DNA of 58,872 nucleotides, filler included, from Candidatus Rokuibacteriota bacterium (GCA_031406795.1; 4 parts of 4 records of this genome joined end to end with filler, not necessarily neighbours in it); one strand, 5' to 3'; shown: positions 36,742 through 46,744, counted from the first letter of the whole stretch. The notes: generated by a model not told the origin, from the sequence alone. Numbers and translations are program-made.

Positions 36742-37395
36742 GTGACGGATGCGACCGGTGACGGAGGGCGGGATGCGGCTCCAGGGGTGGACCCTGATGC
36801 AGAGACGGTGCGTCGGGCGCGCACCGGGGATCAGGGGGCTTTCGAGCGGCTGGTGCTGAACCACCAGCGGCGGACGTTCAACGTTGCCTACCGGATTCTC
36901 GGCGACTACGACGAAGCCCTCGACCTCACGCAGGAGGTCTTCATCCAGGCCCACCGCAGTCTCGGTCAGTTCCGGGGCGAGGCGCGCTTCGGCAGCTGGC
37001 TGCTCGCGATCGCGGTCAACCACTGCCGCAACCGCCTCAAGCTCTGGAAACGTCGCGCGCGGTCGAAGCACGAGAGCCTCAGCGCGCCGATCGGCGATGA
37101 AGGATCGGATCTGCGGCGCGAACCGCCCGACCCCGGCACGACCGCGGTCGAGGCTCTGGAGGGCCGCCAGCTCGAGGAGCTGGTGAGCGAGGAGATGATG
37201 CACCTGGACGACGAGTTTCGCGCCGTGCTCGTGCTGCGCGACGTGCAGGAGGTGGCCTACGAGGAGATCGCCCGCATGCTCGAACTGCCGGTCGGCACCG
37301 TGAAGTCCCGTCTGCACCGGGGACGGACGGAATTGCGCGAACGGGTGCGGCGGCGCCTCGCGCCTCGCGACGGCGGGGAGTCGGGGCGCCCATGA
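36742..37395 (+). CDS. ECF sigma-70 factor (RpoE/SigW-like)
   Basis: GD..AFE.LV, A.DL.QEVF, F.GEARF.SWL..IAVN, YEEIA.ML..PVGTVKSRL.RGR; start uncertain. Confidence 0.92.
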   Translation: MTDATGDGGRDAAPGVDPDAETVRRARTGDQGAFERLVLNHQRRTFNVAYRILGDYDEALDLTQEVFIQAHRSLGQFRGEARFGSWLLAIAVNHCRNRLKLWKRRARSKHESLSAPIGDEGSDLRREPPDPGTTAVEALEGRQLEELVSEEMMHLDDEFRAVLVLRDVQEVAYEEIARMLELPVGTVKSRLHRGRTELRERVRRRLAPRDGGESGRP

Positions 37396-38594
37396 GCGCG
37401 CATTCCTGCAGGCACGTCCGCGCGGATCTCTCGGCCTATCTCGACGGCGACCTTGACGCCGGGCTGGCCGACAAGACCCGCGCCCACCTCGCCGGCTGCG
37501 CCGCCTGCCGGTCGGAGCTCGAACTGCTTCGCCTCACCGTCGGCGCTTTGCATCGACTGCCCGACCTGCCGCCGCCAGCCGCCATCCTGAGCGGGGTCCG
37601 CGCCCGGCTGCGGCCCGAGCCCTGGCACCGGCGACTCTTCGGCGCTCCCTGGCATTTCAACTTCCCGCTCGGTGCGGCGGCCACCCTCCTGGTCGCCATC
37701 GGCATTTCGCTGCTGCTGGCACGCTATCCGGAGATGCCGAAATCGGTTGCGCCTGGTCCCATCCTGCAGGCGCCTTCGCTGCCCGCGAAGAAGACGCAGG
37801 CGGTGGCGGCGCCGGATGCGCCTCCCGCGCCCGCGGCAAGAGAAAATGTTGCCAGGCGACGTTCCCGCGTCCCATCCGCTCCGCCCGCTCCGGCAGCCGA
37901 GGCAACGCCGCCAGCCGCAGCGCCAAAGGATGCCGGGCGGGAGGATGCGTCGGTCAGGCAGCAGCTTGCGGCCGCCCCATCCCGCGCTGTCATCCCGGCC
38001 CAACAAGCGGCCCAAGAACCGGCGAAGGAACGCACAGTCATGTTCGACGATGACTCCGCGGTGCGGGCCGCCACGGGGCAGTCAGCCCCGATTCGCGACT
38101 CAGTCGCCGCCGACGAAATCGACGGCGCCTACCGGGCGACGACCCCGGCGACCGCGAGACAGAAGGAATCCCGCGCGCTCCTCGAGGAGAAGGCCGACAG
38201 CGGCGGTGCGCGGGGATCGGTCCGGGTCGCGGAAGAGCGGGAACCGAATGAGCAGGTGATCGAGGTAGTCTGCCAGCTGCGCCCGGGCGGCGACACGGCG
38301 AGCGACCTCGAACAATTCCTCCGCCGCGAGGGCGCCTTCATTCTCGAGGTCAGCGCGCTTGAACCGCCGGCGCTGCGCGAGGCGGCCGCCCGGCATCGCG
38401 AGCGGCTCGGCCGGCTGTCCGGAACCTCGCGGGGATGGACGATGACCGTCCGCGTTCAGGCGCCCGCGCTCGCCCGACTCCTCGAGGCACTCGCGCAGAG
38501 AACCGGCCTGCGCATCCTCGAACAGCCGGCCATCCCCGCCACTGCGGAGAGTTCCACCGGAGCGCTCGAACTGCGCCTCACGGTTCTGCAGTAG
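37392..38594 (+). CDS. Zinc-finger (zf-HC2) anti-sigma factor
   Basis: C.....LSAYLDG.L......HLAGCAAC (HxxxCxxC), TM helix, Pro/Ala-rich linker; ATGA overlap with the sigma gene. Confidence 0.85.
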   Translation: MSAHSCRHVRADLSAYLDGDLDAGLADKTRAHLAGCAACRSELELLRLTVGALHRLPDLPPPAAILSGVRARLRPEPWHRRLFGAPWHFNFPLGAAATLLVAIGISLLLARYPEMPKSVAPGPILQAPSLPAKKTQAVAAPDAPPAPAARENVARRRSRVPSAPPAPAAEATPPAAAPKDAGREDASVRQQLAAAPSRAVIPAQQAAQEPAKERTVMFDDDSAVRAATGQSAPIRDSVAADEIDGAYRATTPATARQKESRALLEEKADSGGARGSVRVAEEREPNEQVIEVVCQLRPGGDTASDLEQFLRREGAFILEVSALEPPALREAAARHRERLGRLSGTSRGWTMTVRVQAPALARLLEALAQRTGLRILEQPAIPATAESSTGALELRLTVLQ

Positions 38595-38623
38595 CCGCGC
38601 GCGGAGTTCTGCGGCGGCCTGCG

Positions 38624-38864
38624 CTACTCGCCCTCGCCCAGGAGCAGTTCGGCGTAACCGATCTTCTTGAAGCCATTCGGGACGGCGAAATCAGCGGAAG
38701 GGAACTCCTTGACCGTCACCGAGGTGACCTCGATCGTGCTCTTTTCGCCGACGAAGTAGAGCACTTGCCGCAGCGGGTGACCGCCGGCACGCAGGTTGCG
38801 ATAGGAGGCGCTCTCCTCGTAACCCTGGCTCAGCCCCGCCCCGCCGTCGAGCATCTTCTGCATC
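38624..38864 (-). CDS. C-terminal fragment of an exported protein (DUF4412-like)
   Basis: Ends ...PLRQV...EVTSV.VKEFPSADFAVPNGFKK; truncated by the linker. Confidence 0.4.
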
Positions 38865-38964
38865 NNNNNNNNNNNNNNNNNNNNNNNNNNNNNNNNNNNN
38901 NNNNNNNNTTAATTAATTAANNNNNNNNNNNNNNNNNNNNNNNNNNNNNNNNNNNNNNNNNNNN
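38865..38964. other. Artificial contig-joining linker
   Basis: N-run with TTAATTAATTAA. Confidence 0.97.
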
Positions 38965-38966
38965 GC

Positions 38967-39599
38967 AAGCCCTTCGACGCGGGGCGGACCGGCCTGACCC
39001 TCGGCGAGGGGACCGCGGCGCTGCTGCTCACTTCGCCCGACCGGGCCCGCCGCGACGGTCGCGAACCGGTCGGCGAACTGCTCGGCTGGAGCGCCTCCAA
39101 CGACGCAGTCCACATCACCGCGCCGGCCCGCGACAGCCGCGGGCTGATCCAGGCGATAAGGGCCGCGCTCGCCCGCGCCGGGATCGGGCCGGGCGACATT
39201 GCCGGCGTGAGTGCGCACGGCACCGGCACCATATACAATGACCTGATGGAGCTCAATGCGTTCAGGGCGGTCTTCGGGGAGCAGAGCGTCCCCGTCTACG
39301 GCGTCAAGGGGGCGCTCGGCCACACGCTCGGCGCGGCCGGCGCGATCGAGGCGACGATTGCGCTGCGTGCGCTCGCCGAGGGGGTCGTTCCGGGGACCGT
39401 GGGTTGCACAGTCCCCGACGCGGCGGCCGCCGGCATGGTCCGCCTGGAACCCACGCCGCTGTGCGGCAGCCGGATGCTGCTGACCAACTCCGGCTTCGGC
39501 GGCGTCAACGCCGCGCTCGTTCTCGGCGGAAGGCCGCATGGGCCGTGCGCAAGCGTGGCCCCCTGCCTGCGAAGCGGTTTCACCCCGAGGTTGAAATGA
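38967..39599 (+). CDS. Beta-ketoacyl-ACP synthase (FabF-like), C-terminal part (5' truncated)
   Basis: KPFD..R.GLTLGEG, SNDA.H.TAP, AHGTGT..ND..E, K...GHTLGAAG, NSGFGG.N. Confidence 0.9.
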   Translation, partial: KPFDAGRTGLTLGEGTAALLLTSPDRARRDGREPVGELLGWSASNDAVHITAPARDSRGLIQAIRAALARAGIGPGDIAGVSAHGTGTIYNDLMELNAFRAVFGEQSVPVYGVKGALGHTLGAAGAIEATIALRALAEGVVPGTVGCTVPDAAAAGMVRLEPTPLCGSRMLLTNSGFGGVNAALVLGGRPHGPCASVAPCLRSGFTPRLK

Positions 39600-40327
39600 A
39601 AGTCTTCGTGACCGGTGTCGGCTGGGCCGGCACGGCGGGCATGGGCACCGGGCGGGGCTCGACGCCGTTCGCTCTGCCGCCGGGTGAACTGCCGCCGATT
39701 TCGCGGCACGAGGTCTTCCCCGAGGCCGACAGCAGGTTCGGCCGGCTCGACGCATTCTCGCGCCTCGCGCTGGCCGGCGTCGCACTGGCGCTGCGCGATG
39801 CGGGCCTCGAAACGTGGACGCAGCCGCGCGCGACGGCAATCGCGGCCTCGACCATCTACGGCTGCACGGGCACGGACCTGGACTACCTGGCGACGCTCGG
39901 CGACGCTCCCGGTCTCGCCAGCCCGCAGCTGTTCGCCTACACGCTGCCGAACGTCTTCCTCGGCGAAGCCGCGATCCGCTTCGGCCTGACCGGCCCGACC
40001 CTCATCGTCAGCGACGAAGACGGCTCCGGGTCGGCCGCCCTCGAGACGGCGCTCGACTACCTCGCCGCGGGCGGCGACACGGCGCTGGCCGGCATCTGCG
40101 ACCTGGCGCGGCCCGCGCAGCTGCCGGCGCGCGTCGATCCTACGCCGGGGGCGCTGTTTCTCGTTTTCGAACGCCGGCCGACGCTCGAGCCGCTCGGGGC
40201 TTTGAACTGGCCTGAAGAACGACTTCCGCACCCGGACGGCAGCCACGGGCTGCGGGCGCTGGCGACGCGCCTGTGCACCGGGAACCGCACGGATCGTCCG
40301 TCCGGATTCGTTTACGGTCAACCATGA
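39596..40327 (+). CDS. Ketosynthase N-terminal-like / chain-length-factor protein
   Basis: VFVTG.G, RFGRLD.FSRL, ASP.LF.YTLPN...GE.AI..GL.GP; no catalytic Cys at the expected position. Confidence 0.75.
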   Translation: MKVFVTGVGWAGTAGMGTGRGSTPFALPPGELPPISRHEVFPEADSRFGRLDAFSRLALAGVALALRDAGLETWTQPRATAIAASTIYGCTGTDLDYLATLGDAPGLASPQLFAYTLPNVFLGEAAIRFGLTGPTLIVSDEDGSGSAALETALDYLAAGGDTALAGICDLARPAQLPARVDPTPGALFLVFERRPTLEPLGALNWPEERLPHPDGSHGLRALATRLCTGNRTDRPSGFVYGQP

Positions 40328-40348
40328 ACAGGAATGATCCGAGTATTC

Positions 40349-40462
40349 GGGCGGGAGTAAATCCCGCCCCTACATTGTTCTCGATCCGGATTCTAACCGG
40401 ATGGAACCCCGCCCAGGCATCGTCAACGATCCGGGTTGTAGGGGAGGGTTTCACACCCTCCC
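40349..40462. repeat. Inverted pair of GTAG-type REP palindromes (REPIN-like)
   Basis: GGGCGGGAGTAAATCCCGCCCCTACA (40349-40374) and TGTAGGGGAGGGTTTCACACCCTCCC (40437-40462). Confidence 0.7.
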
Positions 40463-40529
40463 ATGAGAAATTTCAAATATCTCCGATTCGAAGGTTTTCA
40501 AGGATCCGCACAACACGAAAGGAAACGGC

Positions 40530-41795
40530 ATGAAGGCAACCATCCTCTACCCCTCCTGGCCGAAACTGCAGCGCCAGACGGAATTTCATCTCCCCCCGCA
40601 CGGGCCGGTGGTGTTCGCGGCCGCGCTCCCGCCGGAGGTGGAGGTCGAGTTCTTCGACGACAACCTCCAGCAGATCCCGTTCACGACCGACACCGACGTC
40701 GCGGCGCTCTCGGTCATGCTCTCCTGTCAGCTGCCGCGCGCGTTCGAAATCGCCGACCGCTACCGCGCACTCGGCGTCCCGGTGCTGATGGGCGGGATCG
40801 CGGTGATGCTGCACGCCGAGGAGGCGGCCCGCCACGCCGACAGCGTCTTTCTCGGCGAGGCCGAGGGGCGCATGGAGCAGGTCTTCGCCGACCTGCGGGA
40901 GAAACGCCTGCAGCCGGTCTACGATTTCATGAAGGTCCACCCGGACATCGCCCTGGTCGGCACCGCGCGGCGCGAGATCCTCGCCCGCGAGCTCTACAAC
41001 TACCGCGGCGTCCAGATGCTCGATCTCGTCCACGCCTCGCGCGGCTGCCGCTTCAACTGCGCCCCCTGCTGCGCCGAGTACCTCGGGGGCCGCAAGTTCC
41101 GGCCGCGCCCGGTCGCGAAGGTCATCGCGGAGATGGAGTCGATCCCGAACAACCGCCTCTTCATCGTCGACAATTCGCTGGCGCAGGACAAGAGCTGGCT
41201 GCGCGAGCTGTTCACCGCGATGATCCCGCTGAAGAAGATCTGGGTCTCCCACCCGATCCTCGACGACGACGAGATCCTGGACCTCGCGGCGAAGGCGGGG
41301 TGCTGGTACGTCTACCAGGCGATCTTCGACACCTCGAACAAGATCCGCAATCGCATCCAGCGGCTCAAGGACCACGGCATCGCCGTCGAGGGGACGATCC
41401 TGCTCGGCACCGACGACCAGGACGAGGCCGGCCTCAAGCGACTCGTGGAGTTCCTGCTGGAGATCGGGCTGGAGGTCGCCGAGTTCACGATCATGACGCC
41501 TTTTCCGCACTCGCCGGTCCGCGCCCAGATGGAGCGCGAGGGCCGCATCCTGACCAACGACCTGAGCAAGTACACCGCCGACAAGGTCGTCTTCCAGCCG
41601 AAGCAGATGACTCCCGAGAAGCTCCAGGAGCTCTACTTCTGGGCCTGGGACACCTTCTACGCCAACGGCGGCCAGCAGCTGAAGATGGGCGAGCTGTTCG
41701 CCAAGGGCATGCTGAAGGAAGTCCACAACGGCACCTATCGCCGCTACGACCAGCAGCGGGAGCGGGGATTCCAGCGGCGGCGCGAGACGCCGTGA
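40530..41795 (+). CDS. B12-binding radical SAM protein
   Basis: N-terminal cobalamin-binding domain (V.MGG, GEAE); SRGCRFNCAPC (CxxxCxxC); TPFP.SP. Confidence 0.9.
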   Translation: MKATILYPSWPKLQRQTEFHLPPHGPVVFAAALPPEVEVEFFDDNLQQIPFTTDTDVAALSVMLSCQLPRAFEIADRYRALGVPVLMGGIAVMLHAEEAARHADSVFLGEAEGRMEQVFADLREKRLQPVYDFMKVHPDIALVGTARREILARELYNYRGVQMLDLVHASRGCRFNCAPCCAEYLGGRKFRPRPVAKVIAEMESIPNNRLFIVDNSLAQDKSWLRELFTAMIPLKKIWVSHPILDDDEILDLAAKAGCWYVYQAIFDTSNKIRNRIQRLKDHGIAVEGTILLGTDDQDEAGLKRLVEFLLEIGLEVAEFTIMTPFPHSPVRAQMEREGRILTNDLSKYTADKVVFQPKQMTPEKLQELYFWAWDTFYANGGQQLKMGELFAKGMLKEVHNGTYRRYDQQRERGFQRRRETP

Positions 41796-43150
41796 GTCGG
41801 ATCTTCTTCGTCTGCGGCAACCGCTGCGTCGACCCCTACCCCGTCTACCCGATGGGGATGGCGGTCGTCTCGGCAGCGCTTGCGGCGCGGGGACACGAGG
41901 TCCGGCAGTACGACCTGCTCTCTTCCGGGTTGGATCTGGCGGCGCTGGGCGCGGCGGCGCGGGCGTACGCCCCGGATGTCATCTGCTACTCGTTGCGCAA
42001 CGTCGACACCGAGGATCACCTCAACCCTGACGACTGGCTGCTGGATGCGGACCGCCTGGCCATCGGCGCGCTGCGCGAGGCCTCCGGCGCCCCGATCGTG
42101 CTCGGGGGCTCCGGGTTCTCCGTGCTGCCGGAGGAGCTGCTCGAATTCCTCGGGGCGGACTACGGCATCGTCGGCGAGGGGGAACACGCGGCCTGCGAGC
42201 TCGTGGAGGCGCTCGCCGCGGGGAAGCCCTGGCCCCGGCTGGTGCGCTCCCGGGAATTGCCGGCCGCGGCCGACATCGGCTGCCCCCGCTACGACGCGGC
42301 GATCGTCCCGTATTACCAGAAGACCGCGGGCCTGATCGGGCTGCAGACCAAGCGCGGCTGCCCCCATGCCTGCGCGTACTGCAGCTACCCGCTGATCGAG
42401 GGCACCCGCGTCCGCCACCGCGATCCGCGAGAGGTCGTCGACGACCTCGAAACGCTGAAACGCGATTTCGGCGTCGACAATGTCTTCTTCACCGACTCGA
42501 TCTTCAACGACGCCGCGGGCGGACATCTGGCGCTGGCCGAGGAGATGGTGCGCCGCGGCACGAACATCCGCTGGGCCTCGTTCTTCCGCCCGCAGCGGCT
42601 CGAGCGCGCCCAGCTCAGACTGCTCAAGCGCGCCGGCCTCTACGCCGTCGAGCTGGGCACGGACGCGACCGACGACGCCACGCTGGAGGCGCTCGGAAAG
42701 GGGTTTTCGTTCGACGAGGTCGTCCGCTCAGCGCAGGCGTGCGCCGACGAGGGGCTCCTCGTGGCCCACTACGTGATGTTCGGGGGGCCGGCAGAGACGC
42801 CGGAAACCGTGGCGCGCGGCCTGGCCAACCTGAAGCGGCTGCCGACCGCAGTGGTCTTCGCGTTCGTCGGCGTGCGGATCTTCCCGCAGACACGACTGCG
42901 CGAGCGCGCGGTGCAGGACGGGATCATCGCCGATGGCGACTCGCTGCTGCGGCCCACTTACTACATCTCCCCGCAGGTGCGCCAGCCCGAGCTGGAGAGC
43001 TCGATCGCCGCGGCGTTCAACAAGCGCCGCCACTGGGTCTTCCCCCCCTCCGACATCCGGATCCGCCTGCAGGTGATGCACCGCTTCGGCTTCCGCGGGA
43101 TCCTCTGGGATCAGCTGCTGGCCCTCGACCCCGGCCCGGCGGAGAGCTGA
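41792..43150 (+). CDS. Lipid-biosynthesis-type B12-binding radical SAM protein
   Basis: PYPVYP.G, S.RNVD, LGGSGFS..PE, QTKRGCPHACAYC.YP.IEG, FFTDS.FN. Confidence 0.9.
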   Translation: MSRIFFVCGNRCVDPYPVYPMGMAVVSAALAARGHEVRQYDLLSSGLDLAALGAAARAYAPDVICYSLRNVDTEDHLNPDDWLLDADRLAIGALREASGAPIVLGGSGFSVLPEELLEFLGADYGIVGEGEHAACELVEALAAGKPWPRLVRSRELPAAADIGCPRYDAAIVPYYQKTAGLIGLQTKRGCPHACAYCSYPLIEGTRVRHRDPREVVDDLETLKRDFGVDNVFFTDSIFNDAAGGHLALAEEMVRRGTNIRWASFFRPQRLERAQLRLLKRAGLYAVELGTDATDDATLEALGKGFSFDEVVRSAQACADEGLLVAHYVMFGGPAETPETVARGLANLKRLPTAVVFAFVGVRIFPQTRLRERAVQDGIIADGDSLLRPTYYISPQVRQPELESSIAAAFNKRRHWVFPPSDIRIRLQVMHRFGFRGILWDQLLALDPGPAES

Positions 43151-43156
43151 CCGGCG

Positions 43157-44605
43157 ATGTCGCCGCTCGACGAGCGCCGCATCCTGCTCGTGCACCCCCT
43201 CGGGTACGGGGCCTCCTCCGCCGCTGGCGACATCTCGCGCAAGGCGAACATCATGCCGCCGCTCGGACTGGCGATGCTGGCGGCCTACCTGGAGCGGCGC
43301 GGGTTCACCGCCGACATCGTCGACTGCTACGCCGACCCCGCCGCCGACCGGGGCATCCGCGAGTACCTGAGCGACCGCCGTCCGGCGCTGCTCGGCTTCT
43401 CGTGCACCACCTCATCGTTCCTCGACGGGGTCCGTCTCGCGACCGCAGCCAAGGAGCTGTTGCCCGGAGTGACCACGGTGTTCGGCGGGCCGCACGTCTC
43501 CGCGCTACGCGAACAGGTCCTGCGCGATTACCCCGCGGTGGACCTGGTGGTGGTCGGCGAGGGGGAGGAGACGCTGTGCGATCTGCTCGAGGGCGGGGCC
43601 GCCGCGCCCAAGGGGGTGCCCGGGATCGTCTACCGCGACAGCGCCGGCGAGCCGCTCTTCACGGGGCGCCGGAAGACCAGCCTCGAGTTGGACTCGCTGC
43701 CGCTTCCGGCCTACGACAAGCTCAAGGGCTATCCCGGCGCCTACAGCCTGCCGATCTTCAACTACCCGCGCACGCCGAACACCAGCTGCATCAGCAGCCG
43801 CGGCTGCCCGTACGCCTGTTCCTACTGCGACCGCTCGGTCTTCGGGCGCAGCTTCCGCTACAACTCGGCCGAGTACCTGTACGAACACCTGCGCCACCTT
43901 CACGAGCGCTACGGCATCCGCCACATCAACTTCTACGACGACCAGTTCACCTTCCACCGGGCGCGCGTCGAGAAGTTCTGCCAGCTGATGCTCGAGAAGC
44001 CCCTCGGCATGACCTTCAACTGCGCCGTGCGGGCCGAGCACGTCGACCCCGCACTGCTGGCGCTGATGAAGCGCGCCGGCTGCTGGATGGTCAGCCTGGG
44101 CATCGAGACCGGGGACGAGCAGCTGCTCGCGCAGCACCGGCAGCGGCCGAATCTCGACCTGCTGGCGCAGACCATCCGCGCGATCGCGGCGGCCGGCATC
44201 CGCACCAAGGGGCTGCTGATGATGGGCCTGCCCGGGGAGAGCGAGGCGAGCATCCGTCGCAGCATGGACTACGTCTTCTCGCTGCCGCTGGACGATTTCA
44301 ACCTCTCCAAGTTCACGCCGTTCCCCGGCGCCCCGCTCTACGAGACGATCCGGGAACTCGGCGAGTTCGACGAAGACTGGGAGAAGATGGACTGCATGCA
44401 CTTCCAGTTCGTGCCGCGGGGCATGACGCGGGAGCGGCTCGAGGAGCTCTTCATCCTCTTCTACAAGACGCACTTCAAGCGCCCGCGCGTCTTCTTCGGC
44501 TATCTCGCGATGCTGTGGAAATCGCCCGACTCCTGGCGGCGCTTCCTCGCGGATCTCGGCTCCTACCTCAGCTTCACGCGCAGCAACAAGCGCCTGGGCA
44601 ACTAG
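43157..44605 (+). CDS. B12-binding radical SAM protein
   Basis: PPLGL..LAAYL, GGPH.S, GEGE, SRGCPYACSYC, FYDD.F, GIETG, GLPGE. Confidence 0.92.
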   Translation: MSPLDERRILLVHPLGYGASSAAGDISRKANIMPPLGLAMLAAYLERRGFTADIVDCYADPAADRGIREYLSDRRPALLGFSCTTSSFLDGVRLATAAKELLPGVTTVFGGPHVSALREQVLRDYPAVDLVVVGEGEETLCDLLEGGAAAPKGVPGIVYRDSAGEPLFTGRRKTSLELDSLPLPAYDKLKGYPGAYSLPIFNYPRTPNTSCISSRGCPYACSYCDRSVFGRSFRYNSAEYLYEHLRHLHERYGIRHINFYDDQFTFHRARVEKFCQLMLEKPLGMTFNCAVRAEHVDPALLALMKRAGCWMVSLGIETGDEQLLAQHRQRPNLDLLAQTIRAIAAAGIRTKGLLMMGLPGESEASIRRSMDYVFSLPLDDFNLSKFTPFPGAPLYETIRELGEFDEDWEKMDCMHFQFVPRGMTRERLEELFILFYKTHFKRPRVFFGYLAMLWKSPDSWRRFLADLGSYLSFTRSNKRLGN

Positions 44606-44614
44606 GCGCGCACC

Positions 44615-45763
44615 GTGGACACGGCACCCGCGCGCCTGCTCGTCGCAATCCCCGTCTACAACCACGGCCGGACGCTGCGCGAGGTCGTGCAGCGCGCGCT
44701 GGCCGTCCACCCCGACGTGCTCGTCGTCGACGACGGGAGCACCGACGGGGGCGGGGAGACCCTGCAGGGGCTGCCGGTGCGCGTGCTGAGGCACGCATGC
44801 AATCTCGGCAAGGGGCAGGCCATCCTGACCGCCGCGCGCGAGGCGCAGCGGCTCGGCATGACCCATCTGGCAACCATCGACGCGGATGGCCAGCACGACC
44901 CGGCGGACCTGCTGAACTTCCTCCCGCTGCTGAAAAGCGCGCCTGAAGCGCTGGTGGTCGGCACACGGCGCTTCGGCGCGGATGTCCCCGGCCTGTCGCG
45001 CTTCGGCCGTTCGTTCTCGAACTTCTGGCTGCGGGTGCAGACCGGCGTCGATCTCGGCGACACCCAGAGCGGCTTCCGCGTCTATCCGGTCGCCGTGCTG
45101 CTCGAACTGCCGCTGCGCGAGTCCGGCTACACCTTCGAGAACGAGGTGCTGGTGCGGGCGGCCTGGGCGAAGGTGCCGCTGCGCGAAGTGAGCATCTCGG
45201 TGATCTACCCGTCGGACCGCGTGTCGCACTTCCAGCTGTTGCGCGACAACGCCCGCGCCAGCGCCCTGAACGCCCGGCTGACGATGCGGACCATCCTCCC
45301 CTGGCCGCACCACACCCTGGCCGCCGACCGGCCCCCGGGCGTCTCCGCGCTGCATCCGCTGCGCGCCATCCGGGTCCTGCTCTCTGAGAACACCACCCCC
45401 CGGGAGCTGGCGCTGGCCGCGGCGCTGGGTGTCTTCATCGGCACGTTGCCGCTGATCGGCGTCCACACCCTCGTGCTGCTGATCGCCGCCAGCTATCTGC
45501 GCCTGAACCGCCTGGCGACGATCACCGCGAGCCAGCTCACCATCCCGCCGTTCGTCCCGGCGCTCGCGATCGAGGTCGGCTACTACCTGCGCCACGGAAC
45601 ATTCCTGACCGAATTCACGCTGAAGACCATCGGCAGCGAAGGGCTCGACCGGCTCTGGGAGTGGTTTCTCGGGTCGCTGCTGCTCGGCCCGGCGCTCGGG
45701 CTGGGCGTCGGTGCCCTTACCTATCTGGCGGCCGCGCTATTGCGCCGGCGCTCGAATGCCTGA
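44615..45763 (+). CDS. Glycosyltransferase family 2 fused to DUF2062
   Basis: IPVYN, VVDDGSTD, N.GKG.A, DADGQH, DTQSGFRVYP; C-terminal membrane domain (TP.ELALA.ALG.FIG..P). Confidence 0.88.
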   Translation: MDTAPARLLVAIPVYNHGRTLREVVQRALAVHPDVLVVDDGSTDGGGETLQGLPVRVLRHACNLGKGQAILTAAREAQRLGMTHLATIDADGQHDPADLLNFLPLLKSAPEALVVGTRRFGADVPGLSRFGRSFSNFWLRVQTGVDLGDTQSGFRVYPVAVLLELPLRESGYTFENEVLVRAAWAKVPLREVSISVIYPSDRVSHFQLLRDNARASALNARLTMRTILPWPHHTLAADRPPGVSALHPLRAIRVLLSENTTPRELALAAALGVFIGTLPLIGVHTLVLLIAASYLRLNRLATITASQLTIPPFVPALAIEVGYYLRHGTFLTEFTLKTIGSEGLDRLWEWFLGSLLLGPALGLGVGALTYLAAALLRRRSNA

Positions 45764-46709
45764 GGAGCCGGGCCCGCCGCGCGAAATCCGGCGCACCTGG
45801 AGCAGCCGCAGCGTCGGCTCCCGGCTGCAGCACGGCTCCTTCCACCTGCTGCTGCGCGCCGGCGGACTGCGCGCCGCGTACGCGCTGCTCTACCCGGTCG
45901 TCGCCTGGTACACGCTCTTTCGTCCGTCGGTTCGCCGCCGGGGCTCTTACTACCTCGCGCGCCGGTTCCCCGGCCGCTCGCTGCCCGGGCGGCTGAGCGA
46001 CTCCTACCGCCACTCGCTCGAACTCGGCAAGGCGCTCGTGGACCGCGACGCCGTCGGCCTGCTCCCGCCTGGCGCGATCACGGCCACCCTGCGCGAACGC
46101 GGTGTGCTCCTCGATCTGCTGCGCGAGGGACGCGGCCTGATCCTGCTGATCTCGCACGTAGGCTCCTGGCAGGCGATGATGCCGGCGCTCTCGCTGCTGG
46201 ACGCCCCGGTCAACCTGCTGATCCAGCGGGAGGAAGGGGACATCGATCGCCGCTACTTCGAGCTGCGGGGCAAGGCCTGCCCGTTCCGGATCATCGACCC
46301 GCGCGGGTTTCTCGGCGGCGCCATCGAAATGGTTGCAGCGCTCAAACGCGGCGAAGTGCTCTGCGTGATGGGGGACCGCGTCTTCGGCGACGCCCGCGGC
46401 GCGCTGCCGGTCGATTTCCTGGGCGCTCCCGCCCCGTTCCCGACCGGGCCCTACAAGATCGCGGCGGCCACCGGGGCGCCGATCGCCGTGCTCTTCTCGG
46501 TGAAGACGGCGCCGGCGACCTACCAGATGGTCTTCGCCGGCGTGCTGCGCGTCCCGCAGAGCGCCGGCCGCGGGGCGCAGGCCTACCGGCCATACATGGA
46601 GGAGTACGTGCGCCTCCTGGAGGGGTGCGTGCGAGACCACCCCTTTCAATTCTTCAATTTCTTCGACATGTGGGCCGTCCCGGACGGAGAACCGAAGGAG
46701 AACCGATGA
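45756..46709 (+). CDS. LpxL/LpxP-like (lysophospholipid) acyltransferase
   Basis: G.ILL.SH.G.W, L..GE.LC.MGDR, FLG..A.FP.GP, P.QFFNF.D.W. Confidence 0.85.
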   Translation: MPEEPGPPREIRRTWSSRSVGSRLQHGSFHLLLRAGGLRAAYALLYPVVAWYTLFRPSVRRRGSYYLARRFPGRSLPGRLSDSYRHSLELGKALVDRDAVGLLPPGAITATLRERGVLLDLLREGRGLILLISHVGSWQAMMPALSLLDAPVNLLIQREEGDIDRRYFELRGKACPFRIIDPRGFLGGAIEMVAALKRGEVLCVMGDRVFGDARGALPVDFLGAPAPFPTGPYKIAAATGAPIAVLFSVKTAPATYQMVFAGVLRVPQSAGRGAQAYRPYMEEYVRLLEGCVRDHPFQFFNFFDMWAVPDGEPKENR

Positions 46710-46744
46710 GGCTGCACTCGCACCGTCAGAATACGACTCGTTTC

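Noticed and set aside
12531-38964. Three identical TTAATTAATTAA motifs within N-runs as a biological repeat
   Set aside because: Identical 100-nt assembly spacers with stops in all frames; they also invalidate any synteny across them
40463-43150. 895-aa radical SAM 'fusion'
   Set aside because: The N-terminal half is an off-frame shadow of 40530-41795; the real gene starts at GTG 41792
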